A stretch of 64,000 nt of DNA, from assembly GCA_964016885.1 (NCBI GenBank), contig OZ024741.1:248496001-248560000 (forward strand), given 5' to 3'. Each line of letters opens with the position of its first letter. Position 1 is the first letter of the stretch. Positions 23,101-36,999 of this stretch are shown here, in pieces. This DNA comes from Eledone cirrhosa. Taxonomy: Eukaryota. The notes beneath the pieces are model-generated. The model saw nothing but the letters and a program-made list of their open reading frames with translations. It was not told the DNA's origin and made no database searches. The position numbers were made by a program, and so were the translations under genes.

Positions 23101-26100
23101 TCCTTCCAAGGGGAGATAATTTCCAGCCGTCCAAGGGGAGATAATTTCCCGCCAGCCAAGGAGAGATAACATTTAAAAAAATCAGGGGGAGATAATTTGT
23201 AAAAAAAAATCAGGGGGAGATAATTCGTAAAAAAAATCAGGGGGAGATAATTTGTAAAAAAAAATCAGGGGTAGATAATTTGTAAAAAAAAATCAGGGGG
23301 AGATAATTTGTAAAAAAAAATCAGGGGGAGATAATTTGTAAAAAAAAATCAGGGGGAGATAATTTGTAAAAAAATCAAGGGGAGATAATTTCCAGCCGTC
23401 CAAGGGGAGATAATTTTCAGCCGTCCAAGGAGGTAATTTCTAGCCGTCCAAGGGGAGATAATTTCCAGCCGTCCAAGGGGAGATAATTTTTTTTAAAAAA
23501 TCAGGCGGAGATAATTTGTAAACAAAAATCAGGGGGAGATAATTTGTAAAAAAAAATCAGGGGGAGATAATTTGTAAAAAAAATCAAGGGGAGATAATTT
23601 CCAGCCGTCCAAGGGGAGGTAATATCTAGCCATCCAAGGGGAGATAATTTCCAGCCGTCCAAGGGGAGATAATTTCCAGCCGTCCAAGGGGAGATAATAT
23701 CCAGCCGTCCAAGGAGACATATTTTCCAGCCGTCCAAGGAGAGGTAATTTCTAGCCGTCCAAGGGGAGATAAGTTCCAGCCTCCAAGGGGAGAAAATTTC
23801 CAGCCAGCCAAGGGGAGATAATTTGTAAAAAAATCAGGGGGAGATAATTTGTAAAAAAAAAATCAGTGGGAGATAATTTGTAAAAAAATCAGGGGGAGAT
23901 AATTTGTAAAAAAAAAATCAGGGGGAGATAATTTGTAAAAAAAATCAGGGGGAGATAATTTGTAGAAAAAATCAGGGGTAGATAATTTGTAAAAAAAATC
24001 AGGGGGAGATAATTTGTAAAAAAAATCAGGGGGAGATAATTTGTAAAAAAAATCAGGGGTAGATAATTTTCAGCCGTCCAAGGGGAGATGATTTCCATCC
24101 TTCCAAGGGGAGATAATTTCCAGCCGTCCAAGGGGAGATAATTTCCCGCCAGCCAAGGAGAGATAACATTTAAAAAAATCAGGCGGAGATAATTTGTAAA
24201 AAAAATCAGGGGGAGATAATTTGTAAAAAAATCAGGGGGAGATAATTTGTAAAAAAAATCAGGGGTAGATAATTTCCAGCCGTCCAAGGGGAGATAATTT
24301 CCATCCTTCCAAGGGGAGATAATTTCCAGCCGTCCAAGGGGAGATAATTTCCCGCCAGCCAAGGAGAGATAATATTTAAAAAAATCAGGCGGAGATAATT
24401 TGTAAAAAAAATCAGGCGGAAATAATTTGTAAAAAAAAATCAGGGGGAGATAATTTGTAAAAAAAAATCAGGGGGAGATAATTTGTAAAAAAAAATCAGG
24501 GGGAGATAATTTGTAAAAAAAATCAAGGGGAGATAATTTCCAGCCGTCCAAGGGGAGATAATTTTCAGCCGTCCAAGGAGAGGTAAATTCTAGCCGTCCA
24601 AGGAGATATAATTTCCAGCCGTCCAAGGGGAGATAATTTCCAGCCGTCCAAGGGGAGATAATTTTTAAAAAAAAATCAGGCGGAGATAATTTGTAAACAA
24701 AAATCAGGGGGAGATAATTTTTAAAAAAAAATCAGGGGGAGATAATTTGTAAAAAAAATCAAGGGGAGATAATTTCCAGCCGTCCAAGGGGAGATAATTT
24801 TCAGCCGTCCAAGGAGAGGTAAATTCTAGCCGTCCAAGGAGATATAATTTCCAGCCGTCCAAGGGGAGATAATTTCCAGCCGTCCAAGGGGAGATAATTT
24901 TTAAAAAAAAATCAGGCGGAGATAATTTGTAAACAAAAATCAGGGGGAGATAATTTTAAAAAAAAAATCAGGGGGAGATAATTTGTAAAAAAAAATCAGG
25001 GGGAGATAATTTGTAAAAAAAAATCAGGGGGAGATAATTTGTAAAAATAATCAAGGGGAGATAATTTCCAGCCGTCCAAGGGGAGGTAATATCTAGCCAT
25101 CCAAGGGGAGATAATTTCCAGCCGTCCAAGGGGAGATAATTTCCAGCCGTCCAAGGGGAGATAATATCCAGCCGTCCAAGGAGACATATTTTCCAGCCGT
25201 CCAAGGAGAGGTAATTTCTAGCCGTCCAAGGGGAGATAAGTTCCAGCCTCCAAGGGGAGATAATTTCCAGCCAGCCAAGGGGAGATAATTTGTAAAAAAA
25301 TCAGGGGGGAGATAATTTGTAAAAAAAATCAGGGGGAGATAATTTGAAAAAAAAATCAGGGGGAGATAATTTGTAAAAAATATCAAGGGGAGATAATTTC
25401 CAGCCCTCCAAGGGGCTATAATTTCCAGCCGTGCAAGGGGAGATAATTTCCAGCCGTCCAAGGGGAGATAATTTCCATCCTTCCAAGAGGAGATAATTTC
25501 CAGCCGTCCAAGGGGAGATAATTTCCCGCCAGCCAAGGGAAGATAATTTTTTAAAAAATCAGGCGGAGATTGTAAAAAAAATCAGGGGGAGATAATTTGT
25601 AAAAAAATCAGGGGGAGATAATTTGTAAAAAAAAAATCAGGGGGAGATAATTTGTAAAAAAAAATCAGGGGGAGATAATTTGTAAAAAAAATCAGGGGGA
25701 GATAATTTGTAAAAAAAATCAGGGGTAGATAATTTGTAAAAAAAATCAGGGGGAGATAATTTGTAAAAAAAATCAGGGGGAGATAATTTGTAAAAAAAAT
25801 CAGGGGTAGATAATTTTCAGCCGTCCAAGGGGAGATAATTTCCATCCTTCCAAGGGGAGATAATTTCCAGCCGTCCAAGGGGAGATAATTTCCCGCCAGC
25901 CAAGGAGAGATAACATTTAAAAAAATCAGGCGGAGATAATTTGTAAAAAAATCAGGGGGAGATAATTTGTAAAAAAAATCAGGGGTAGATAATTTTCAGC
26001 CGTCCAAGGGGAGATAATTTCCATCCTTCCAAGGGGAGATAATTTCCAGCCGTCCAAGGGGAGATAATTTCCCGCCAGCCAAGGAGAGATAACATTTAAA

Positions 26101-29100
26101 AAAATCAGGGGGAGATAATTTGTAAAAAAAAATCAAGGGGAGATAATTCGTAAAAAAAATCAGGGGGAGATAATTTGTAAAAAAAAATCAGGGGTAGATA
26201 ATTTGTAAAAAAAAATCAGGGGGAGATAATTTGTAAAAAAAAAATCAGGGGGAGATAATTTGTAAAAAAATCAAGGGGAGATAATTTCCAGCCGTCCAAG
26301 GGGAGATAATTTTCAGCCGTCCAAGGAGAGGTAATTTCTAGCCGTCCAAGGGGAGATAATTTCCCGCCAGCCAAGGAGAGATAACATTTAAAAAAATCAG
26401 GCGGAGATAATTTGTAAAAAAAATCAGGGGGATATAATTTGTAAAAAAATCAGGGGGAGATAATTTGTAAAAAAAATCAGGGGTAGATAATTTCCAGCCG
26501 TCCAAGGGGAGATAATTTCCATCCTTCCAAGGGGAGATAATTTCCAGCCGTCCAAGGGGAGATAATTTCCCGCCAGCCAAGGAGAGATAATATTTAAAAA
26601 AATCAGGCGGAGATAATTTGTAAAAAAAATCAGGCGGAAATAATTTGTAAAAAAAAATCAGGGGGAGATAATTTGTAAAAAAAAATCAGGGGGAGATAAT
26701 TTGTAAAAAAAAATCAGGGGGAGATAATTTGTAAAAAAAATCAAGGGGAGATAATTTCCAGCCGTCCAAGGGGAGATAATTTTCAGCCGTCCAAGGAGAG
26801 GTAAATTCTAGCCGTCCAAGGAGATATAATTTCCAGCCGTCCAAGGGGAGATAATTTCCAGCCGTCCAAGGGGAGATAATTTTTAAAAAAAAATCAGGCG
26901 GAGATAATTTGTAAACAAAAATCAGGGGGAGATAATTTTTAAAAAAAAATCAGGGGGAGATAATTTGTAAAAAAAAATCAGGGGGAGATAATTTGTAAAA
27001 AAAAATCAGGGGGAGATAATTTGTAAAAATAATCAAGGGGAGATAATTTCCAGCCGTCCAAGGGGAGGTAATATCTAGCCATCCAAGGGGAGATAATTTC
27101 CAGCCGTCCAAGGGGAGATAATTTCCAGCCGTCCAAGGGGAGATAATATCCAGCCGTCCAAGGAGACATATTTTCCAGCCGTCCAAGGAGAGGTAATTTC
27201 TAGCCGTCCAAGGGGAGATAAGTTCCAGCCTCCAAGGGGAGATAATTTCCAGCCAGCCAAGGGGAGATAATTTGTAAAAAAATCAGGGGGGAGATAATTT
27301 GTAAAAAAAATCAGGGGGAGATAATTTGAAAAAAAAATCAGGGGGAGATAATTTGTAAAAAATATCAAGGGGAGATAATTTCCAGCCCTCCAAGGGGCTA
27401 TAATTTCCAGCCGTGCAAGGGGAGATAATTTCCAGCCGTCCAAGGGGAGATAATTTCCATCCTTCCAAGAGGAGATAATTTCCAGCCGTCCAAGGGGAGA
27501 TAATTTCCCGCCAGCCAAGGGAAGATAATTTTTTAAAAAATCAGGCGGAGATTGTAAAAAAAATCAGGGGGAGATAATTTGTAAAAAAATCAGGGGGAGA
27601 TAATTTGTAAAAAAAAAATCAGGGGGAGATAATTTGTAAAAAAAAATCAGGGGGAGATAATTTGTAAAAAAAATCAGGGGGAGATAATTTGTAAAAAAAA
27701 TCAGGGGTAGATAATTTGTAAAAAAAATCAGGGGGAGATAATTTGTAAAAAAAATTAGGGGGAGATAATTTGTAAAAAAAGTTAGGGGTAGATAATTTTC
27801 AGCCGTCCAAGGGGAGATAATTTCCATCCTTCCAAGGGGAGATAATTTCCAGCCGTCCAAGGGGAGATAATTTCCCGCCAGCCAAGGAGAGATAACATTT
27901 AAAAAAATCAGGCGGAGATAATTTGTAAAAAAATCAGGGGGAGATAATTTGTAAAAAAAATCAGGGGTAGATAATTTTCAGCCGTCCAAGGGGAGATAAT
28001 TTCCATCCTTCCAAGGGGAGATAATTTCCAGCCGTCCAAGGGGAGATAATTTTCCGCCAGCCAAGGAGAGATAACATTTAAAAAAATCAGGGGGAGATAA
28101 TTTGTAAAAAAAAATCAGGGGGAGATAATTCGTAAAAAAAATCAGGGGGAGATAATTTGTAAAAAAAAATCAGGGGTAGATAATTTGTAAAAAAAAATCA
28201 GGGGGAGATAATTTGTAAAAAAAAATCAGGGGGAGATAATTTGTAAAAAAAAATCAGGGGGAGATAATTTGTAAAAAAATCAAGGGGAGATAATTTCCAG
28301 CCGTCCAAGGGGAGATAATTTTCAGCCGTCCAAGGAGGTAATTTCTAGCCGTCCAAGGGGAGATAATTTCCAGCCGTCCAAGGGGAGATAATTTTTTTTA
28401 AAAAATCAGGCGGAGATAATTTGTAAACAAAAATCAGGGGGAGATAATTTGTAAAAAAAAATCAGGGGGAGATAATTTGTAAAAAAAATCAAGGGGAGAT
28501 AATTTCCAGCCGTCCAAGGGGAGGTAATATCTAGCCATCCAAGGGGAGATAATTTCCAGCCGTCCAAGGGGAGATAATTTCCAGCCGTCCAAGGGGAGAT
28601 AATATCCAGCCGTCCAAGGAGACATATTTTCCAGCCGTCCAAGGAGAGGTAATTTCTAGCCGTCCAAGGGGAGATAAGTTCCAGCCTCCAAGGGGAGAAA
28701 ATTTCCAGCCAGCCAAGGGGAGATAATTTGTAAAAAAATCAGGGGGAGATAATTTGTAAAAAAAAAATCAGTGGGAGATAATTTGTAAAAAAATCAGGGG
28801 GAGATAATTTGTAAAAAAAAAATCAGGGGGAGATAATTTGTAAAAAAAATCAGGGGGAGATAATTTGTAGAAAAAATCAGGGGTAGATAATTTGTAAAAA
28901 AAATCAGGGGGAGATAATTTGTAAAAAAAATCAGGGGGAGATAATTTGTAAAAAAAATCAGGGGTAGATAATTTTCAGCCGTCCAAGGGGAGATGATTTC
29001 CATCCTTCCAAGGGGAGATAATTTCCAGCCGTCCAAGGGGAGATAATTTCCCGCCAGCCAAGGAGAGATAACATTTAAAAAAATCAGGCGGAGATAATTT

Positions 29101-31805
29101 GTAAAAAAAATCAGGGGGAGATAATTTGTAAAAAAATCAGGGGGAGATAATTTGTAAAAAAAATCAGGGGTAGATAATTTCCAGCCGTCCAAGGGGAGAT
29201 AATTTCCATCCTTCCAAGGGGAGATAATTTCCAGCCGTCCAAGGGGAGATAATTTCCCGCCAGCCAAGGAGAGATAATATTTAAAAAAATCAGGCGGAGA
29301 TAATTTGTAAAAAAAATCAGGCGGAAATAATTTGTAAAAAAAAATCAGGGGGAGATAATTTGTAAAAAAAAATCAGGGGGAGATAATTTGTAAAAAAAAA
29401 TCAGGGGGAGATAATTTGTAAAAAAAATCAAGGGGAGATAATTTCCAGCCGTCCAAGGGGAGATAATTTTCAGCCGTCCAAGGAGAGGTAAATTCTAGCC
29501 GTCCAAGGAGATATAATTTCCAGCCGTCCAAGGGGAGATAATTTCCAGCCGTCCAAGGGGAGATAATTTTTAAAAAAAAATCAGGCGGAGATAATTTGTA
29601 AACAAAAATCAGGGGGAGATAATTTTTAAAAAAAAATCAGGGGGAGATAATTTGTAAAAAAAAATCAGGGGGAGATAATTTGTAAAAAAAAATCAGGGGG
29701 AGATAATTTGTAAAAATAATCAAGGGGAGATAATTTCCAGCCGTCCAAGGGGAGGTAATATCTAGCCATCCAAGGGGAGATAATTTCCAGCCGTCCAAGG
29801 GGAGATAATTTCCAGCAGTCCAAGGGGAGATAATATCCAGCCGTCCAAGGAGTCATATTTTCCAGCCGTCCAAGGAGAGGTAATTTCTAGCCGTCCAAGG
29901 GGAGATAAGTTCCAGCCTCCAAGGGGAGATAATTTCCAGCCAGCCAAGGGGAGATAATTTGTAAAAAAATCAGGGGGGAGATAATTTGTAAAAAAAATCA
30001 GGGGGAGATAATTTGAAAAAAAAATCAGGGGGAGATAATTTGTAAAAAATATCAAGGGGAGATAATTTCCAGCCCTCCAAGGGGCTATAATTTCCAGCCG
30101 TGCAAGGGGAGATAATTTCCAGCCGTCGAAGGGGAGATAATTTCCATCCTTCCAAGAGGAGATAATTTCCAGCCGTCCAAGGGGAGATAATTTCCCGCCA
30201 GCCAAGGGAAGATAATTTTTTAAAAAATCAGGCGGAGATTGTAAAAAAAATCAGGGGGAGATAATTTGTAAAAAAATCAGGGGGAGATAATTTGTAAAAA
30301 AAAAATCAGGGGGAGATAATTTGTAAAAAAAAATCAGGGGGAGATAATTTGTAAAAAAAATCAGGGGGAGATAATTTGTAAAAAAAATCAGGGGTAGATA
30401 ATTTGTAAAAAAAATCAGGGGGAGATAATTTGTAAAAAAAATCAGGGGGAGATAATTTGTAAAAAAAATCAGGGGTAGATAATTTTCAGCCGTCCAAGGG
30501 GAGATAATTTCCATCCTTCCAAGGGGAGATAATTTCCAGCTGTCCAAGGGGAGATAATTTCCCGCCAGCCAAGGAGAGATAACATTTAAAAAAATCAGGC
30601 GGAGATAATTTGTAAAAAAATCAGGGGGAGATAATTTGTAAAAAAAATCAGGGGTAGATAATTTTCAGCCGTCCAAGGGGAGATAATTTCCATCCTTCCA
30701 AGGGGAGATAATTTCCAGCCGTCCAAGGGGAGATAATTTCCCGCCAGCCAAGGAGAGATAACATTTAAAAAAATCAGGGGGAGATAATTTGTAAAAAAAA
30801 ATCAGGGGGAGATAATTCGTAAAAAAAATCAGGGGGAGATAATTTGTAAAAAAAATCAGGGGTAGATAATTTGTAAAAAAAAATCAGGGGGAGATAATTT
30901 GTAAAAAAAAAATCAGGGGGAGATAATTTGTAAAAAAATCAAAGGGAGATAATTTCCAGCCGTCCAAGGGGAGATAATTTTCAGCCGTCCAAGGAGAGGT
31001 AATTTCTAGCCGTCCAAGGGGAGATAATTTCCAGCCGTCCAAGGGGAGATAATTTTTTTAAAAAAATCAGGCGGAGATAATTTGTAAACAAAAATCAGGG
31101 GGAGATAATTTGTAAAAAAAAATCAGGGGGAGATAATTTGTAAAAAAAAATCAGGGGGAGATAATTTGTAAAAAAAATCAAGGGGAGATAATTTGTAAAA
31201 AAAAATCAGGGGTAGATAATTTGTAAAAAAAAATCAGGGGGAGATAATTTGTAAAAAAAAATCAGGGGGAGATAATTTGTAAAAAAATCAAGGGGAGATA
31301 ATTTCCAGCCGTCCAAGGGGAGATAATTTTCAGCCGTCCAAGGACAGGTAATTTCTAGCCGTCCAAGGGGAGATAATTTCCAGCCAGCCAAGGGGAGATA
31401 ATTTGTAAAAAAATCAGGGGTAGATAATTTGTAAAAAAAAATCAGGGGGAGATAATTTGTAAAAAAAATCAGGGGGAGATAATTTGTAAAAAAAATCAGG
31501 GGTAGATAATTTCCAGCCGTCCAAGGGGAAATAATTTCCATCCTTCCAAGGGGAGATAATTTCCAGCCGTCCAAGGGGAGATAATTTCCCGCCAGCCAAG
31601 GAGAGATAACATTTAAAAAAATCAGGCGGAGATAATTTGTAAAAAAAATCAGGGGGAGATAATTTGTAAAAAAATCAGGGGGAGATAATTTGTAAAAAAA
31701 ATCAGGGGTAGATAATTTCCAGCCGTCCAAGGGGAGATAATTTCCATCCTTCCAAGGGGAGATAATTTCCAGCCGTCCAAGGGGAGATAATTTCCCGCCA
31801 GCCAA
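14180..31805 (+). repeat. Higher-order tandem duplication, period ~8.8 kb (8,799-8,826 bp)
   Basis: ORF offsets 14702->23501, 16294->25093, 20936->29762, 22381->31206. Shared GGAGTCAT, GTCGAAGG and GGACAGG variants. Boundaries approximate. Confidence 0.88.
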
Positions 31806-34800
31806 GGAGAGATAATATTTAAAAAAATCAGGCGGAGATAATTTGTAAAAAAAATCAGGGGGAGATAATTTGTAAAAAAATCAGGGGGAGATAATTTGTA
31901 AAAAAAAATCAGGGGAGATAATTTGTAAAAAAAATCAGGGGGAGATAATTTGTAAAAAAAAATCAGGGGTAGATAATTTGTAAAAAAAAATCAGGGGGAG
32001 ATAATTTGTAAAAAAAAAATCAGGGGGAGATAATTTGTAAAAAAATCAAGGGGAGATAATTTCCAGCCGTCCAAGGGGAGATAATTTTCAGCCGTCCAAG
32101 GAGGTAATTTCTAGCCGTCCAAGGGGAGATAATTTCCAGCCGTCCAAGGGGAGATAATTTTTTTTAAAAAATCAGGCGGAGATAATTTGTAAACAAAAAT
32201 CAGGGGGAGATAATTTGTAAAAAAAAATCAGGGGGAGATAATTTGTAAAAAAAAATCAGGGGGAGATAATTTGTAAAAAAAATCAAGGGGAGATAATTTC
32301 CAGCCGTCCAAGGGGAGGTAATATCTAGCCATCCAAGGGGAGATAATTTCCAGCCGTCCAAGGGGAGATAATTTCCAGCCGTCCAAGGGGAGATAATATC
32401 CAGCCGTCCAAGGAGACATATTTTCCAGCCGTCCAAGGAGAGGTAATTTCTAGCCGTCCAAGGGGAGATAAGTTCCAGCCTCCAAGGGGAGAAAATTTCC
32501 AGCCAGCCAAGGGGAGATAATTTGTAAAAAAATCAGGGGGAGATAATTTGTAAAAAAAAAATCAGTGGGAGATAATTTGTAAAAAAATCAGGGGGAGATA
32601 ATTTGTAAAAAAAAAATCAGGGGGAGATAATTTGTAAAAAAAATCAGGGGGAGATAATTTGTAGAAAAAATCAGGGGTAGATAATTTGTAAAAAAAATCA
32701 GGGGGAGATAATTTGTAAAAAAAATCAGGGGGAGATAATTTGTAAAAAAAATCAGGGGTAGATAATTTTCAGCCGTCCAAGGGGAGATGATTTCCATCCT
32801 TCCAAGGGGAGATAATTTCCAGCCGTCCAAGGGGAGATAATTTCCCGCCAGCCAAGGAGAGATAACATTTAAAAAAATCAGGCGGAGATAATTTGTAAAA
32901 AAAATCAGGGGGAGATAATTTGTAAAAAAATCAGGGGGAGATAATTTGTAAAAAAAATCAGGGGTAGATAATTTCCAGCCGTCCAAGGGGAGATAATTTC
33001 CATCCTTCCAAGGGGAGATAATTTCCAGCCGTCCAAGGGGAGATAATTTCCCGCCAGCCAAGGAGAGATAATATTTAAAAAAATCAGGCGGAGATAATTT
33101 GTAAAACAAATCAGGCGGAAATAATTTGTAAAAAAAAATCAGGGGGAGATAATTTGTAAAAAAAAATCAGGGGGAGATAATTTGTAAAAAAAAATCAGGG
33201 GGAGATAATTTGTAAAAAAAATCAAGGGGAGATAATTTCCAGCCGTCCAAGGGGAGATAATTTTCAGCCGTCCAAGGAGAGGTAAATTCTAGCCGTCCAA
33301 GGAGATATAATTTCCAGCCGTCCAAGGGGAGATAATTTCCAGCCGTCCAAGGGGAGATAATTTTTAAAAAAAAATCAGGCGGAGATAATTTGTAAACAAA
33401 AATCAGGGGGAGATAATTTTTAAAAAAAAATCAGGGGGAGATAATTTGTAAAAAAAAATCAGGGGGAGATAATTTGTAAAAAAAAATCAGGGGGAGATAA
33501 TTTGTAAAAATAATCAAGGGGAGATAATTTCCAGCCGTCCAAGGGGAGGTAATATCTAGCCATCCAAGGGGAGATAATTTCCAGCCGTCCAAGGGGAGAT
33601 AATATCCAGCCGTCCAAGGAGACATATTTTCCAGCCGTCCAAGGAGAGGTAATTTCTAGCCGTCCAAGGGGAGATAAGTTCCAGCCTCCAAGGGGAGATA
33701 ATTTCCAGCCAGCCAAGGGGAGATAATTTGTAAAAAAATCAGGGGGGAGATAATTTGTAAAAAAAATCAGGGGGAGATAATTTGAAAAAAAAATCAGGGG
33801 GAGATAATTTGTAAAAAATATCAAGGGGAGATAATTTCCAGCCCTCCAAGGGGCTATAATTTCCAGCCGTGCAAGGGGAGATAATTTCCAGCCGTCCAAG
33901 GGGAGATAATTTCCATCCTTCCAAGGGGAGATAATTTCCAGCCGTCCAAGGGGAGATAATTTCCCGCCAGCCAAGGGAAGATAATTTTTTAAAAAATCAG
34001 GCGGAGATTGTAAAAAAAATCAGGGGGAGATAATTTGTAAAAAAATCAGGGGGAGATAATTTGTAAAAAAAAAATCAGGGGGAGATAATTTGTAAAAAAA
34101 AATCAGGGGGAGATAATTTGTAAAAAAAATCAGGGGGAGATAATTTGTAAAAAAAATCAGGGGTAGATAATTTGTAAAAAAAATCAGGGGGAGATAATTT
34201 GTAAAAAAAATCAGGGGGAGATAATTTGTAAAAAAAATCAGGGGTAGATAATTTTCAGCCGTCCAAGGGGAGATAATTTCCATCCTTCCAAGGGGAGATA
34301 ATTTCCAGCCGTCCAAGGGGAGATAATTTCCCGCCAGCCAAGGAGAGATAACATTTAAAAAAATCAGGCGGAGATAATTTGTAAAAAAATCAGGGGGAGA
34401 TAATTTGTAAAAAAAATCAGGGGTAGATAATTTTCAGCCGTCCAAGGGGAGATAATTTCCATCCTTCCAAGGGGAGATAATTTCCAGCCGTCCAAGGGGA
34501 GATAATTTCCCGCCAGCCAAGGAGAGATAATATTTAAAAAAATCAGGCGGAGATAATTTGTAAAAAAAATCAGGGGGAGATAATTTGTAAAAAAATCAGG
34601 GGGAGATAATTTGTAAAAAAAAATCAGGGGGAGATAATTTGTAAAAAAAAATCAGGGGGAGATAATTTGTAAAAAAAAATCAGGGGTAGATAATTTGTAA
34701 AAAAAAATCAGGGGGAGATAATTTGTAAAAAAAAAATCAGGGGGAGATAATTTGTAAAAAAATCAAGGGGAGATAATTTCCAGCCGTCCAAGGGGAGATA

Positions 34801-36999
34801 ATTTTCAGCCGTCCAAGGAGAGGTAATTTCTAGCCGTCCAAGGGGAGATAATTTCCAGCCGTCCAAGGGGAGATAATTTTTTTTAAAAAATCAGGCGGAG
34901 ATAATTTGTAAACAAAAATCAGGGGGAGATAATTTGTAAAAAAAAATCAGGGGGAGATAATTTGTAAAAAAAAATCAGGGGGAGATAATTTGTAAAAAAA
35001 ATCAAGGGGAGATAATTTGTAAAAAAAATCAGGGGTAGATAATTTGTAAAAAAAAATCAGGGGGAGATAATTTGTAAAAAAAAAATCAGGGGGAGATAAT
35101 TTGTAAAAAAATCAAGGGGAGATAATTTCCAGCCGTCCAAGGGGAGATAATTTTCAGCCGTCCAAGGAGAGGTAATTTCTAGCCGTCCAAGGGGAGATAA
35201 TTTCCAGCCAGCCAAGGGGAGATAATTTGTAAAAAAATCAGGGGTAGATAATTTGTAAAAAAAAATCAGAGGGAGATAATTTGTAAAAAAAATCAGGGGG
35301 AGATAATTTGTAAAAAAAATCAGGGGGAGATAATTTGTAAAAAAATCAGGGGGAGATAATTTGTAAAAAAAATCAGGGGTAGATAATTTCCAGCCGTCCA
35401 AGGGGAGATAATTTCCATCCTTCCAAGGGGAGATAATTTCCAGCCGTCCAAGGGGAGATAATTTCCCGCCAGCCAAGGAGAGATAATATTTAAAAAAATC
35501 AGGCGGAGATAATTTGTAAAAAAAATCAGGGGGAGATAATTTGTAAAAAAATCAGGGGGAGATAATTTGTAAAAAAAAATCAGGGGAGATAATTTGTAAA
35601 AAAAATCAGGGGGAGATAATTTGTAAAAAAAAATCAGGGGTAGATAATTTGTAAAAAAAAATCAGGGGGAGATAATTTGTAAAAAAAAAATCAGGAGGAG
35701 ATAATTTGTAAAAAAATCAAGGGGAGATAATTTCCAGCCGTCCAAGGGGAGATAATTTTCAGCCGTCCAAGGAGGTAATTTCTAGCCGTCCAAGGGGAGA
35801 TAATTTCCAGCCGTCCAAGGGGAGATAATTTTTTTTAAAAAATCAGGCGGAGATAATTTGTAAACAAAAATCAGGGGTAGATAATTTTAAAAAAAAATCA
35901 GGGGGAGATAATTTGTAAAAAAAAATCAGGGGGAGATAATTTGTAAAAAAAATCAAGGGGAGATAATTTCCAGCCGTCCAAGGGGAGGTAATATCTAGCC
36001 ATCCAAGGGGAGATAATTTCCAGCCGTCCAAGGGGAGATAATTTCCAGCCGTCCAAGGGGAGATAATATCCAGCCGTCCAAGGAGACATATTTTCCAGCC
36101 GTCCAAGGAGAGGTAATTTCTAGCCGTCCAAGGGGAGATAAGTTCCAGCCTCCAAGGGGAGATAATTTCCAGCCAGCCAAGGGGAGATAATTTTTTAAAA
36201 AATCAGGGGGAGATAATTTGTAAAAAAAAAATCAGGGGGAGATAATTTGTAAAAAAATCAGGGGGAGATAATTTGTAAAAAAAAAATCAGGGGGAGATAA
36301 TTTGTAAAAAAAATCAGGGGGAGATAATTTGTAAAAAAAATCAGGTGGAGATAATTTGTAAAAAAAATCAGGGGGAGATAATTTGTAAAAAAAATCAGGG
36401 GTAGATAATTTTCAGCCGTCCAAGGGGAGATAATTTCCATCCTTCCAAGGGGAGATAATTTCCAGCCGTCCAAGGGGAGATAATTTCCCGCCAGCCAAGG
36501 AGAGATAACATTTAAAAAAATCAGGCGGAGATAATTTGTAAAAAAAATCAGGGGGAGATAATTTGTAAAAAAATCAGGGGGAGATAATTTGTAAAAAAAA
36601 TCAGGGGTAGATAATTTCCAGCCGTCCAAGGGGAGATAATTTCCATCCTTCCAAGGGGAGATAATTTCCAGCCGTCCAAGGGGAGATAATTTCCCGCCAG
36701 CCAAGGAGAGATAATATTTAAAAAAATCAGGCGGAGATAATTTGTAAAAAAATCAGGGGGAGATAATTTGTAAAAAAATCAGGGGGAGATAATTTGTAAA
36801 AAAAAATCAGGGGGAGATAATTTGTAAAAAAAATCAGGGGGAGATAATTTGTAAAAAAAATCAGGGGTAGATAATTTGTAAAAAAAAATCAGGAGGAGAT
36901 AATTTGTAAAAAAAAAATCCGTGGGAGATAATTTGTAAAAAAATCAAGGGGAGATAATTTCCAGCCGTCCAAGGGGAGATAATTTTCAGCCGTCCAAGG

